A stretch of DNA of 61,644 nt, the filler included. It is 5 parts of 5 records of this genome, joined end to end, with 100 filler letters (N's around TTAATTAATTAA, not from the genome) between each part and the next. Parts side by side here need not be neighbours in the genome. Positions count along the whole stretch, not along the records: positions 1 to 24,245 come from DRR378314_750; 4 more parts are not named here. One strand, 5' to 3'. The stretch's first letter is position 1, and each line of letters opens with the position of its first letter. Shown one piece after another: positions 9,641-17,957 of this stretch. The notes beneath the pieces are model-generated. The model did not search any database, had not been told where the DNA came from, and was given only the letters and a program-made list of their open reading frames with translations. The translations under genes and the position numbers were made by a program.

Positions 9641-11166
9641 TCCGCCGCGATGTCTTGAAGACTCTGGCGGCCCTCACCGTTGTGCCAGCCTCAGCATGGG
9701 CTGAGGAACCGGGGCTGCGCCTTGGGGCAGAGGCCACACCGTTTGACGCGCAAACCGTCACCAGACGGGCACGAGCCATGGCCGCCCAACCCTACACACC
9801 CCGCCCGCAAATCCCGGAAAGCTGGCGCAACCTTTCATATGATGACTACCGCAAAATCTGGTTCGATGCGCGCAATGCCCTGTGGGAAAACACCGACGCC
9901 CCGCAAAGGGTCGATGTATTCCCCCCCGGTCTCTACTTCCCTCAGGCAGTCGCGCTGAACCTTGTCGAAGATGGCACCAGCCGCCCGCTTGGCTTTGACT
10001 TGGATGTCTTTGACACCACCGACAGCTTTCCCGATGTCGAAATTGACGACACACTTGGCTATTCTGGCCTGCGCCTGCGGGCAGAGTTGGAGAAATCCGG
10101 CATCTTTCAGGAATATGCCGTGTTTCAGGGGGCCAGCTATTTCCGTGGCATCGGAACCGGTGAAATCTACGGTCTGTCGGCGCGCGGGCTGGCGCTGAAA
10201 ACCGGCGATCCCATGGGCGAGGAGTTTCCCGATTTCACCGCCTTCTGGATGGAGCGCCCAGCGGCCGGCAGTGACATGATCACCCTGCACGCCTTGCTCG
10301 ACAGCCCCTCCTGCACCGGGGCTTACCGGTTTGACATCACCCATGGCACGGTTCTGGAGATGAAGATCTCCGCAACGGTTTTCGCCCGCACCGATCTGGA
10401 ACATATCGGCATCGCGCCGCTGACCTCAATGTTCCTGTTTGATGACACAATGCGCCAGCGGTTCTCGGATTTTCGACCCGCCGTGCACGACAGTGACGGC
10501 TTACTGATCCACAATGGCGGCGGCGAGGTCCTGTGGCGCCCGCTGTCCAACCCGACCAGCCTTCAGGTCAGCGCCTTTAGCGACAATAATCCACGCGGTT
10601 TTGGTCTTTGCCAGCGCAAGCGGAAATTCAGTGATTTCAATGATCTGGAAGCGCTTTATCACAACCGACCCGCCGTCTGGATCACACCCGGCGAGGATTG
10701 GGGGCAAGGCGCGGTGACCCTTGTGGAAATCCCGGCAGACCTTGAAATCTATGATAATATTGTCAGCTATTGGCGCCCTGCCACACCCATCAAGGCGGGC
10801 AGCGAACACGCCATGAGCTACACATTACACTGGGGCGCGGACCCTGTACCGGCAACCGCTGATATTCCGGTCAAAGTATTGAACACCGCCATCGGCGGAC
10901 GCCCGGAAGGCGGGCAGATCGTCGCCATCGACTTTGCCGGATCGGCCCGCGTGCCACAGAACCTTGATGAGATCGAGATCATTCTGCGCAGTAATACAGG
11001 CACTGTGACCCCCGGCATCCTTCAGCGAAACCCGGAAACCGGCGGGCCCCGGCTTGCCTTTACCTTCCACCCGCAGGACGCAAGCCTGGTCGAGTTTCGC
11101 GCCCAGTTGCGCCTGAATAGTGAACCGCTCAGCGAGGTCTGGCTTTACCGGTGGACCGCAACATGA
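9637..11166 (+). CDS. opgG: Glucan biosynthesis protein G/D (OpgG/MdoG family) with Tat-like signal
   Basis: MIRRDVLK signal; FQGASYFR, YGLSARGLA, EEFPDF, APLTSMF, DFRPAVHDSDGL, EVWLYRW. Confidence 0.93.
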   Translation: MIRRDVLKTLAALTVVPASAWAEEPGLRLGAEATPFDAQTVTRRARAMAAQPYTPRPQIPESWRNLSYDDYRKIWFDARNALWENTDAPQRVDVFPPGLYFPQAVALNLVEDGTSRPLGFDLDVFDTTDSFPDVEIDDTLGYSGLRLRAELEKSGIFQEYAVFQGASYFRGIGTGEIYGLSARGLALKTGDPMGEEFPDFTAFWMERPAAGSDMITLHALLDSPSCTGAYRFDITHGTVLEMKISATVFARTDLEHIGIAPLTSMFLFDDTMRQRFSDFRPAVHDSDGLLIHNGGGEVLWRPLSNPTSLQVSAFSDNNPRGFGLCQRKRKFSDFNDLEALYHNRPAVWITPGEDWGQGAVTLVEIPADLEIYDNIVSYWRPATPIKAGSEHAMSYTLHWGADPVPATADIPVKVLNTAIGGRPEGGQIVAIDFAGSARVPQNLDEIEIILRSNTGTVTPGILQRNPETGGPRLAFTFHPQDASLVEFRAQLRLNSEPLSEVWLYRWTAT

Positions 11167-13034
11167 CCCGCCCCCTTGCCGACCATCCCGGAATGCCGCC
11201 CACTGCACCGCTTCAGATGCAGATACAGGACTTTGCCACCGCACCAGCCTGCCGCAGTGACTGTCACGAAAAACGGGCCACACCCTGGCGCATTGCCGTG
11301 TTTATCCCTGCGCTGATTGCCACGGCCTGTCTGATGTATGGTATGTACAGCTGGCTGGCAGGCATGGGTATGACGGGGCTGGAATGGGCCCTGCTGATGA
11401 TGATCGGTGCAACCTTTGTATGGGTCACCCTATCAGTCAGCACTGTCGGCGTAGCGATTGCCGGCATCCTTGCCCGCGAGGCGGCTGATACCCGTGCGCC
11501 CACCGATGTCGCCCCGATTGACGTGGCCTTGCTGGTGCCTGTCTATAACGAGGTGCCCTGGGATGTATTCGGCAATGCCGCCGCCATGTTGGACGATCTG
11601 GCAGCACGTAAAACCACACATCGCTACACTTTGTTTATCCTGTCAGACACCCGTGACGAAATGATTGCCGCGCAGGAGCAACAGGCATTTGAGCGGCTGC
11701 GCAAAACCGCGCCCTACCCTGTGCACTACCGGCGCCGCGCCCGTAACACCGACAAGAAAGTCGGCAATCTGGTGGATTGGATCACCGGTTGGGGAGCGGC
11801 TTACGAAGGGATGCTGGTGCTTGACGCTGACAGCCTGATGACCGGACGTGCCATTGACCGGCTGGCCTCTGAGTTGTCGATTGCACCTGATACCGGGCTG
11901 ATCCAGACCTTCCCCATGTTGATCGGTGCAGAGACCCTGTTCGCCCGCCTGCAGCAGTTCTCCAATATCGCCTATGGCTGGTTGCTGGCCGAAGGGTTGG
12001 CGCTTTGGTCACGTTCCGAGGGCAACTACTGGGGCCATAACGCCATCATCCGCACCCGTGCCTTTGCCGAAAGCGCGGGGCTGCCGCATCTGACCTCAGG
12101 CGGGCGCGATGATCTGATCCTGAGCCATGACTTTGTCGAGGCCGGATTGCTGCGCCGTGCGGGATGGCGCGTGCGCTTTCTGCCCCGCGTCACCGGCAGC
12201 TTTGAAGAGACCCCCGGCACCCTGATCGACTATACCCTGCGCGACCGCCGCTGGTGTCGCGGCAACCTGCAACACTTGCGCCTTCTGGCAACGCGCGGGC
12301 TGCACCCTGTGTCTCGCTTCCATCTGTTTCACGGCGCGGTCAGCTATCTTCTGTCGCCAGCGTGGTTCCTGCTGCTGGTGATCTGGGCCTTGCTGGGCAA
12401 GGATGCGGAAACCAATGTGGTGCGCTATTTCAACGAGGCAAACCCGTTCTTCCCCGATTGGCCCCCTGCCATGAGCCATATCGATTCAGCCGTCTTTCTG
12501 TTCATCATGTATGCCATGTTGCTGACCCCGAAATTCACCGCCGCCGCGATGATCGCCGCAACCCCAGCGGCAACACGGATCTTTGGAGGGCATGGTGCCT
12601 TTCTGACGGCCTTTGTCACAGAGGTGCTGTTATCAGTGGCCTATGCCCCCGTGATGATGATCCAGCAGACCAAAGCGGTATTGCGCGCAATCTTTACCCG
12701 TTCGGAACCTTGGGCCCCACAAAAGCGCGACGCACAGCACTACCCGTTGAGTACACTTGCAAAATTCCACTGGGTTGAGACATTTCTGGGGCTGATCCTG
12801 ACTTTAGGTTTAGCGGCTGGCCTGATTTCCTGGTGGCTTCTGCCCATCGCGGCAAGCCTGTTGCTCGCCGTGCCGCTCTCTGCTCTTTCTGCCCTGAACC
12901 TCGCCAAACGCGCACCGCGCAGCCTAGCGATGAACAGCCCCTATACCCTGCGCGAACCGGCCATTGTGACCCGTGCAAGATCTGCCCGAGAACAGATAAA
13001 AGCGCAATTGGGCATCAATCCCCCCGCAGAATAA
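11163..13034 (+). CDS. opgH: Glucans biosynthesis glucosyltransferase H
   Basis: LVPVYNE, LSDT, VLDADSLM, NYWGHNAIIRTRAF, LSHDFVEA, RDRRWCRGNLQH. Confidence 0.95.
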   Translation: MTRPLADHPGMPPTAPLQMQIQDFATAPACRSDCHEKRATPWRIAVFIPALIATACLMYGMYSWLAGMGMTGLEWALLMMIGATFVWVTLSVSTVGVAIAGILAREAADTRAPTDVAPIDVALLVPVYNEVPWDVFGNAAAMLDDLAARKTTHRYTLFILSDTRDEMIAAQEQQAFERLRKTAPYPVHYRRRARNTDKKVGNLVDWITGWGAAYEGMLVLDADSLMTGRAIDRLASELSIAPDTGLIQTFPMLIGAETLFARLQQFSNIAYGWLLAEGLALWSRSEGNYWGHNAIIRTRAFAESAGLPHLTSGGRDDLILSHDFVEAGLLRRAGWRVRFLPRVTGSFEETPGTLIDYTLRDRRWCRGNLQHLRLLATRGLHPVSRFHLFHGAVSYLLSPAWFLLLVIWALLGKDAETNVVRYFNEANPFFPDWPPAMSHIDSAVFLFIMYAMLLTPKFTAAAMIAATPAATRIFGGHGAFLTAFVTEVLLSVAYAPVMMIQQTKAVLRAIFTRSEPWAPQKRDAQHYPLSTLAKFHWVETFLGLILTLGLAAGLISWWLLPIAASLLLAVPLSALSALNLAKRAPRSLAMNSPYTLREPAIVTRARSAREQIKAQLGINPPAE

Positions 13035-13095
13035 CCCGATCCGGCCTAGGGCTTTTGCAAAGAGTTGCCCCTTTTCGTGCAAGAAAGGACTGTCT

Positions 13096-13590
13096 TTAAT
13101 CAGGCTGTGCCAAGGGCAACCCGCGCTTTACCCATCCCGGCCCGGCACCAGACCCCGACATACCTTCGGGCACGTCCAGAATCTGTGTGAAGCCTGCCGC
13201 CGCCAACTGCGCTGACATCCTCGCGGACCGCACCCCGCGCGCGCAGATCAGCGCCACCGGCAAATCCCTGCGTCCGTCTGTCTGCACTAACAGCGCGTCG
13301 ATAAAATCCGGCCTGCGCATGTCGATCGGCACCGCACTTTGGGCGATACCGGTACGGGCCCATTCATCGGGCCTGCGGATGTCGACCAACAGGATCTCGC
13401 CCGCCTCCACCGCCACCTGTGCCGCCGGTGCAGTTAGGTCGCTGCCTTGCAGTTTCGCATCAAGGTTGAACCAGCGTGCCCCCGCCATGCCAGCGATGCC
13501 AACCACTGCAATCCCACCAAGCAAAAACCCCCGCCGCGATAACCGCGACGGGGTGGATGTCTCTGGCAAAGGTTTGCCAGCAGGTGACAT
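13096..13590 (-). CDS. Rhodanese-like protein with twin-arginine motif
   Basis: SRRGFLLG Tat motif; LVDIRRPDEW; active-site loop ICARGVRS. Confidence 0.88.
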   Translation of the reverse strand: MSPAGKPLPETSTPSRLSRRGFLLGGIAVVGIAGMAGARWFNLDAKLQGSDLTAPAAQVAVEAGEILLVDIRRPDEWARTGIAQSAVPIDMRRPDFIDALLVQTDGRRDLPVALICARGVRSARMSAQLAAAGFTQILDVPEGMSGSGAGPGWVKRGLPLAQPD

Positions 13591-14114
13591 TATTTGATTG
13601 GTGCGCTGGAAGTATATTGCGGGATCACACTGTCCGAACCGGGCGCGGGCTCAATTGAGGCCCAGTTGTTTTCTGCCAGATCGATATTGCCCGGAATATC
13701 CTCTTCCCAGAAACCCACCACGTTCTTAGTAATGTTCAGGAACAGCTTGCCATCCACAATACGCCACAGATTGGGATTGCCCGGAACCTTGCCACCTTTG
13801 GACACACCGTAGGCACAATGGCCATCATATTGCGGGGCATATTTCACAGGGTCCGCCAAAAACGCATCTCGGTTGGCTTCGGTCGAAAAGGCGAAGGTGG
13901 CACCGTTATACTCGGCAGTGATGTCAGCCTTGCCAGGAATGGCGGCAGGTTGTGACTGACCGACAGGGTTCTGCGGCAGGCTGAAATAGGCCACCACATC
14001 ATGGCCTGATGCCGCATATCCGGTGCCATCTACATATTGCTCCCCGGCAAAGGCCTGCCCTGCCATGGCAAGGGCTGTTGCGGCGGCGGCGATGGTAAGT
14101 GTGAAACGGTTCAT
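13590..14114 (-). CDS. Secreted YHS-domain protein
   Basis: Signal peptide; GHDVVAYF, F STEANRDAFLADPVKYAPQYDGHCAYG, WRIVDGKLFLN. Confidence 0.88.
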   Translation of the reverse strand: MNRFTLTIAAAATALAMAGQAFAGEQYVDGTGYAASGHDVVAYFSLPQNPVGQSQPAAIPGKADITAEYNGATFAFSTEANRDAFLADPVKYAPQYDGHCAYGVSKGGKVPGNPNLWRIVDGKLFLNITKNVVGFWEEDIPGNIDLAENNWASIEPAPGSDSVIPQYTSSAPIK

Positions 14115-14179
14115 TGTCGGTTCTCCTGTCCGATGGTGTCTGTGACATCAAGCTAGGCAGCCCTCGCACCCTTTGCACC

Positions 14180-14230
14180 CCACGAGCCCGTGACCTCTCG
14201 CCGACGTGAGCAGCCAGCGAGAAAACGCGA
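14180..14230. promoter_or_regulatory. Repeated TCACG-N4-CGTGA-like palindromes upstream of the YHS-rhodanese operon
   Basis: CCACG-AGCC-CGTGA 14180-14193, TCTCG-CCGA-CGTGA 14196-14209, weak GCGAG-AAAA-CGCGA 14217-14230. Confidence 0.5.
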
Positions 14231-14244
14231 TCAATCCACCCCGA

Positions 14245-15027
14245 TTATTTCAAAATCGGCGGTTTGGAGGGATCAGACCCCGGCGGCATGCGCGGCGTAT
14301 GTTGCAAACCCTCTCCCTGTGGTAAATCAAACCGCAGACCAACCTTGGCCAGTTTTGTCACTGTTGGATCATCAGGGCCAAAAAACCCCACATCCATCGC
14401 GCCGGCTTCGATCCCGGAAAACGTCAAGGCTTCGGAGGCGGCCCGCACCAGCGCATCCTGCGCGCGCGGAATCGCCCCGACAAAGGCCAGCAAATGTCCA
14501 CGTCCGCCGCCCTGATATTCAACCGCAACCAGAAACGCCCCGGCCGCCATGCCCGTTGCTGTCGCAAGCTTACCGTCAATCGCGGTGATCAAAGCCTCTG
14601 GCAGGCCCTTGGGCGGCAGAACGGTTTCAATCCGTGCCTCAACCTCGCCTGCCTCTTGCGACAGTGTATCGCGCAGCCACGCCACCGCGCCTGCGGGCAA
14701 CAGGATCTCAGAGGGCGCAACACCGATGTTCACCGCCAGCCCCAGATCCTGTCCCTCCAGCATGCCAGCGATCGCGCGCCCCGACAGCGCCACATAGGGG
14801 GCGGGTTTGCCAACATAGGCCGCCAGCCGCTCGGCCCGGTCAAATACTATGACATACCCATCTTCCAGCAACACCGGATTGACCTGATCCTCGACCGGTT
14901 CAGCCTCAAGCAGCAAAAACAGTTCAACATCCGCGATCCGTTCATAAAACCGCAGACGCGCGGCATCGTCCTGCTCTGCCCCCATCATCGCGGCATGGGC
15001 TATGTCCAGCGGGGTCGTCTCAGCCAT
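14245..15027 (-). CDS. SseB family protein
   Basis: TPLDIAHAAM...ARLRFYER...ELFLLLE, FDRAERLA and C-terminal PGSDPSKPPIL, typical of roseobacter SseB proteins. Confidence 0.75.
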   Translation of the reverse strand: MAETTPLDIAHAAMMGAEQDDAARLRFYERIADVELFLLLEAEPVEDQVNPVLLEDGYVIVFDRAERLAAYVGKPAPYVALSGRAIAGMLEGQDLGLAVNIGVAPSEILLPAGAVAWLRDTLSQEAGEVEARIETVLPPKGLPEALITAIDGKLATATGMAAGAFLVAVEYQGGGRGHLLAFVGAIPRAQDALVRAASEALTFSGIEAGAMDVGFFGPDDPTVTKLAKVGLRFDLPQGEGLQHTPRMPPGSDPSKPPILK

Positions 15028-15607
15028 TCAGCACCTCTTTTACAGCACCCCGAAGCCGCGGCAGTACATCCGCCGCAAACCACGGGTTTTTCTTGAGCCA
15101 TCCGGTATTGCGCCACGACGGGTGAGGCAAGCAAAACACGCCCTTAGGGTGATCACGCCAACCCGCCACCGCGTCGGTCACCTTGGTAAAACCCGCCAGA
15201 TGGTATTTCATCGCATAGCCGCCAATCAGGATCGTCAGCCGGATGTCGGGCAACATCGCCAAGGCCTCTGCCCGCCAAGTCCGCGCACAAATGGGCGGCG
15301 GCGGCAGGTCACTGCCCTTGGCATCATAACCGGGAAAGCAGAATCCCATCGGCAGGATTGCCACCCTGTCACGGTCATAAAAGGCTGCGCTATCAAGGCC
15401 CAACCAGTCGCGCAACCGCTCCCCAGAGGCATCGTCAAAGGGCTTGCCGCTTTCATGCACCCTGATCCCCGGAGCCTGTCCCGCAATCAGAATGCGTGCC
15501 TGTGGGGCAAACCAGACAATCGGGTTCGGCTGGTGCCCGGTTGCTGTCGCCGCAAACCGGTCTGCACAAATGTCGCATCGCGTGAGATCCGCACGAATAT
15601 CTTTCAT
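15020..15607 (-). CDS. Uracil-DNA glycosylase family protein
   Basis: CxxC, GQAPG, FDDASGERLRDW, MGFCFPG, LPHPSWRN. Confidence 0.9.
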   Translation of the reverse strand: MKDIRADLTRCDICADRFAATATGHQPNPIVWFAPQARILIAGQAPGIRVHESGKPFDDASGERLRDWLGLDSAAFYDRDRVAILPMGFCFPGYDAKGSDLPPPPICARTWRAEALAMLPDIRLTILIGGYAMKYHLAGFTKVTDAVAGWRDHPKGVFCLPHPSWRNTGWLKKNPWFAADVLPRLRGAVKEVLNG

Positions 15608-15660
15608 GCCCGATAGATACCCGATGCGCCGCATGTGCCAACCCCTCACATAGGTTTATC

Positions 15661-15720
15661 ATTTCGACAACTATCGAAATAATACTTGCGGATCACCGAC
15701 ATTTCTATATTTCTAGAAAT
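15661..15720. promoter_or_regulatory. Two 7-6-7 palindromes, probable ArsR operators
   Basis: ATTTCGA-caacta-TCGAAAT 15661-15680 and ATTTCTA-tatttc-TAGAAAT 15701-15720; the second abuts the arsR ATG. Confidence 0.72.
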
Positions 15721-16065
15721 ATGAAAACAGAATCGCAATCCCTTCCGCCTCTTACCCTTGCCGCTGCCAGCTTTGCCGCGCTTGGGTCCGAACAACGCCT
15801 TTCCGTCTTGCGCAGCCTTGTGCGTGCGGGGCCTGACGGGCTGAGCATTGGCGAACTTGGCGAACGCACGGGTGTCACTGGTTCCACCCTGACCCACCAC
15901 CTCAAAATGTTGAACGCCGCTGGATTGGTCCGGCAGCAACGTCAGGGCCGCAGCACCATTTGTGCAGCGGTCGCCTATGCCGAGGTCCAGGCCTTGGCAC
16001 ATTTCCTTCTCACTGAATGCTGCGCAGATGCCGCCGCCCCCTGCAAGGACCATGATCATGGCTGA
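15721..16065 (+). CDS. arsR: ArsR/SmtB family repressor with C-terminal Cys cluster
   Basis: FAALGSEQRLSVLRSLV, STLTHHLKML HTH, C-terminal ECCADAAAPC. Confidence 0.88.
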   Translation: MKTESQSLPPLTLAAASFAALGSEQRLSVLRSLVRAGPDGLSIGELGERTGVTGSTLTHHLKMLNAAGLVRQQRQGRSTICAAVAYAEVQALAHFLLTECCADAAAPCKDHDHG

Positions 16066-17098
16066 TACCACCCAATCTCACAGCACCCCTTCCGGCACCC
16101 TATTCAAACGCTGGAACCCCGGTGCCTGGGGTGTCATTGCCCTAATCCTTGCCTTGGTTGCAATTTTTGCCCCCGACACTCTGGTCGAAACCGTTTCATT
16201 CACCCTCAAGGCCCTCGCCGGCACTGCCCCTTTCATTGCTTTCGCGGTGCTTGCGGTGGCGTTCCTCAAAGCGTCGGGGGCTGAAACCTTGCTGGCCCGT
16301 GCCTTTGAAGGCAATCCGGCGCGTATGATCGTGATGGCCGCACTGCTGGGCGGGCTGTCGCCGTTTTGCTCTTGCGAGGTCATCCCGTTTATCGCAGCAC
16401 TTCTGGCGGTCGGAGCCCCCTTGGGTGCTGTCATGGCCTTTTGGCTGGCCTCGCCCCTGATGGACCCTGCGATGTTCGCAATCACATCCGGCACTCTGGG
16501 CTTTGACTTTGCCCTTGCCAAAACTGTGGCGGCTGTCAGCCTTGGCATGTTTGGTGGATTTGGGGTCATGTTGATGGCCAATACCGCGATCTTTGCCAAT
16601 CCTCTGCGTGAAGCCCCGGCCACAAGCAGCTGTTGTTCCTCGGCAAAACCGTTTTCCGGCGCACCGGTCTGGCAGTTCTGGAAGGAAAGCGACCGCCGCG
16701 CGACCTTTGCTGATACAGCCCGCAGCAATGCACTGTTCCTCACCAAATGGCTGACCCTTGCCTATTTGATCGAAGCGTTGATGCTGCGCTATGTACCGGC
16801 AGATCTGATTGCAAGCTTCCTTGGCGGCACTGGTATCATGCCGATCCTGCTGGGCGCGTTGGTTGGTGCACCGGCCTACCTGAACGGATATGCTGCTGTG
16901 CCCCTTATCGATGCGCTGCTGGCACAGGGAATGAGCAACGGGGCTGCAATGTCCTTTGTCATTGCTGGCGGGGTCAGCTGTATTCCTGCCGCCATTGCGG
17001 TCTGGGCACTGGTGAAACCACGCGTCTTTGCCGCTTATCTGGGGTTTGCCCTGACCGGTGCTATCGCCGCAGGTCTGGTCTGGCAGGCCATCGCCTGA
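16058..17098 (+). CDS. arsP: ArsP/DUF318-family permease
   Basis: PFCSCEVIP, FWLASPLMDP, APAYLNG, GAAMSF; overlaps arsR. Confidence 0.8.
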   Translation: MADTTQSHSTPSGTLFKRWNPGAWGVIALILALVAIFAPDTLVETVSFTLKALAGTAPFIAFAVLAVAFLKASGAETLLARAFEGNPARMIVMAALLGGLSPFCSCEVIPFIAALLAVGAPLGAVMAFWLASPLMDPAMFAITSGTLGFDFALAKTVAAVSLGMFGGFGVMLMANTAIFANPLREAPATSSCCSSAKPFSGAPVWQFWKESDRRATFADTARSNALFLTKWLTLAYLIEALMLRYVPADLIASFLGGTGIMPILLGALVGAPAYLNGYAAVPLIDALLAQGMSNGAAMSFVIAGGVSCIPAAIAVWALVKPRVFAAYLGFALTGAIAAGLVWQAIA

Positions 17099-17125
17099 CC
17101 TCAAACACAGCCGATCCGGGTCACA

Positions 17126-17141
17126 GTTAACCACCGCTTAA
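17126..17141. promoter_or_regulatory. Full CtrA-type box upstream of kpsT
   Basis: GTTAA-CCACCGC-TTAA, the reverse complement of the TTAA-N7-TTAAC consensus, in intergenic DNA. Confidence 0.6.
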
Positions 17142-17297
17142 TCAACTGTGACGATTGTGTTGCCAAACAGCCATATCGCGACTTGGACATTTGTTTCCAC
17201 ATAGGACATAATATCGCCAAAGTCGCGGTATAGTCCGTTGAACAACCCCCTGCAAAAGGGGGAATGGCATATAACGCAGGCAGCAACCGGAGCAGGC

Positions 17298-17957
17298 ATG
17301 CTGGAATTCGAAAATGTTTCAAAGTCCTATTGGACGGGCACCCAGCACAAGGTGATCCTAGACAAGGTCTCGTTCAAGGTTGAACTGGGCCGGTCTTTGG
17401 GCATTCTGGCCCCCAATGGCACCGGCAAAACCACGCTGATCAACATGATGGCCGGCCTTGAGAAACCTGACGAAGGCGAAATCCGGCGCAGCTGCAACAT
17501 TTCCTTTCCACTGGGATTTATGGGCGGTGTTGTCGGCAAAGTGTCTGCGATGGAAAATGCCCGCTATATTGCCCGGCTCTATGGGCTTGACCCGGATTAT
17601 GTCGAAAGTTTCTGCCGCTGGCTGTGCAACCTTGGCGAATATTTCGACCAACCGCTGGGCACCTATTCCACCGGCATGCGGGCGCGGTTCTGTTTTGCGC
17701 TGATGCTGGCGCTTGATTTTGACATGTACCTGATTGACGAGGGCATGCCCGCCTCTACTGATGTGGAGTTCAACCGCAAAGCCGGGGACATCCTGCAGGA
17801 ACGGCTGCGCACCACCACCATCATCATCGTCGCCCATCAGGCTGAGACTTTGCAAAAATTCGCCCGCTCTGCTGCTGTCCTTCTGGATGGCCAGCTGCGC
17901 ATGTTCGACACCTTGGAAGAAGCGAAACAGTTGTATGACTACGAAACCCAAGGCTAG
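17298..17957 (+). CDS. kpsT: Capsular polysaccharide export ABC ATPase
   Basis: Walker A APNGTGKTT, YSTGMRAR signature, YLIDEG Walker B. Confidence 0.9.
   Translation: MLEFENVSKSYWTGTQHKVILDKVSFKVELGRSLGILAPNGTGKTTLINMMAGLEKPDEGEIRRSCNISFPLGFMGGVVGKVSAMENARYIARLYGLDPDYVESFCRWLCNLGEYFDQPLGTYSTGMRARFCFALMLALDFDMYLIDEGMPASTDVEFNRKAGDILQERLRTTTIIIVAHQAETLQKFARSAAVLLDGQLRMFDTLEEAKQLYDYETQG

Noticed and set aside
13590-14114. Selenoprotein form of the YHS protein
   Set aside because: The motif position is Cys (GHCAYG) and there is no in-frame TGA.
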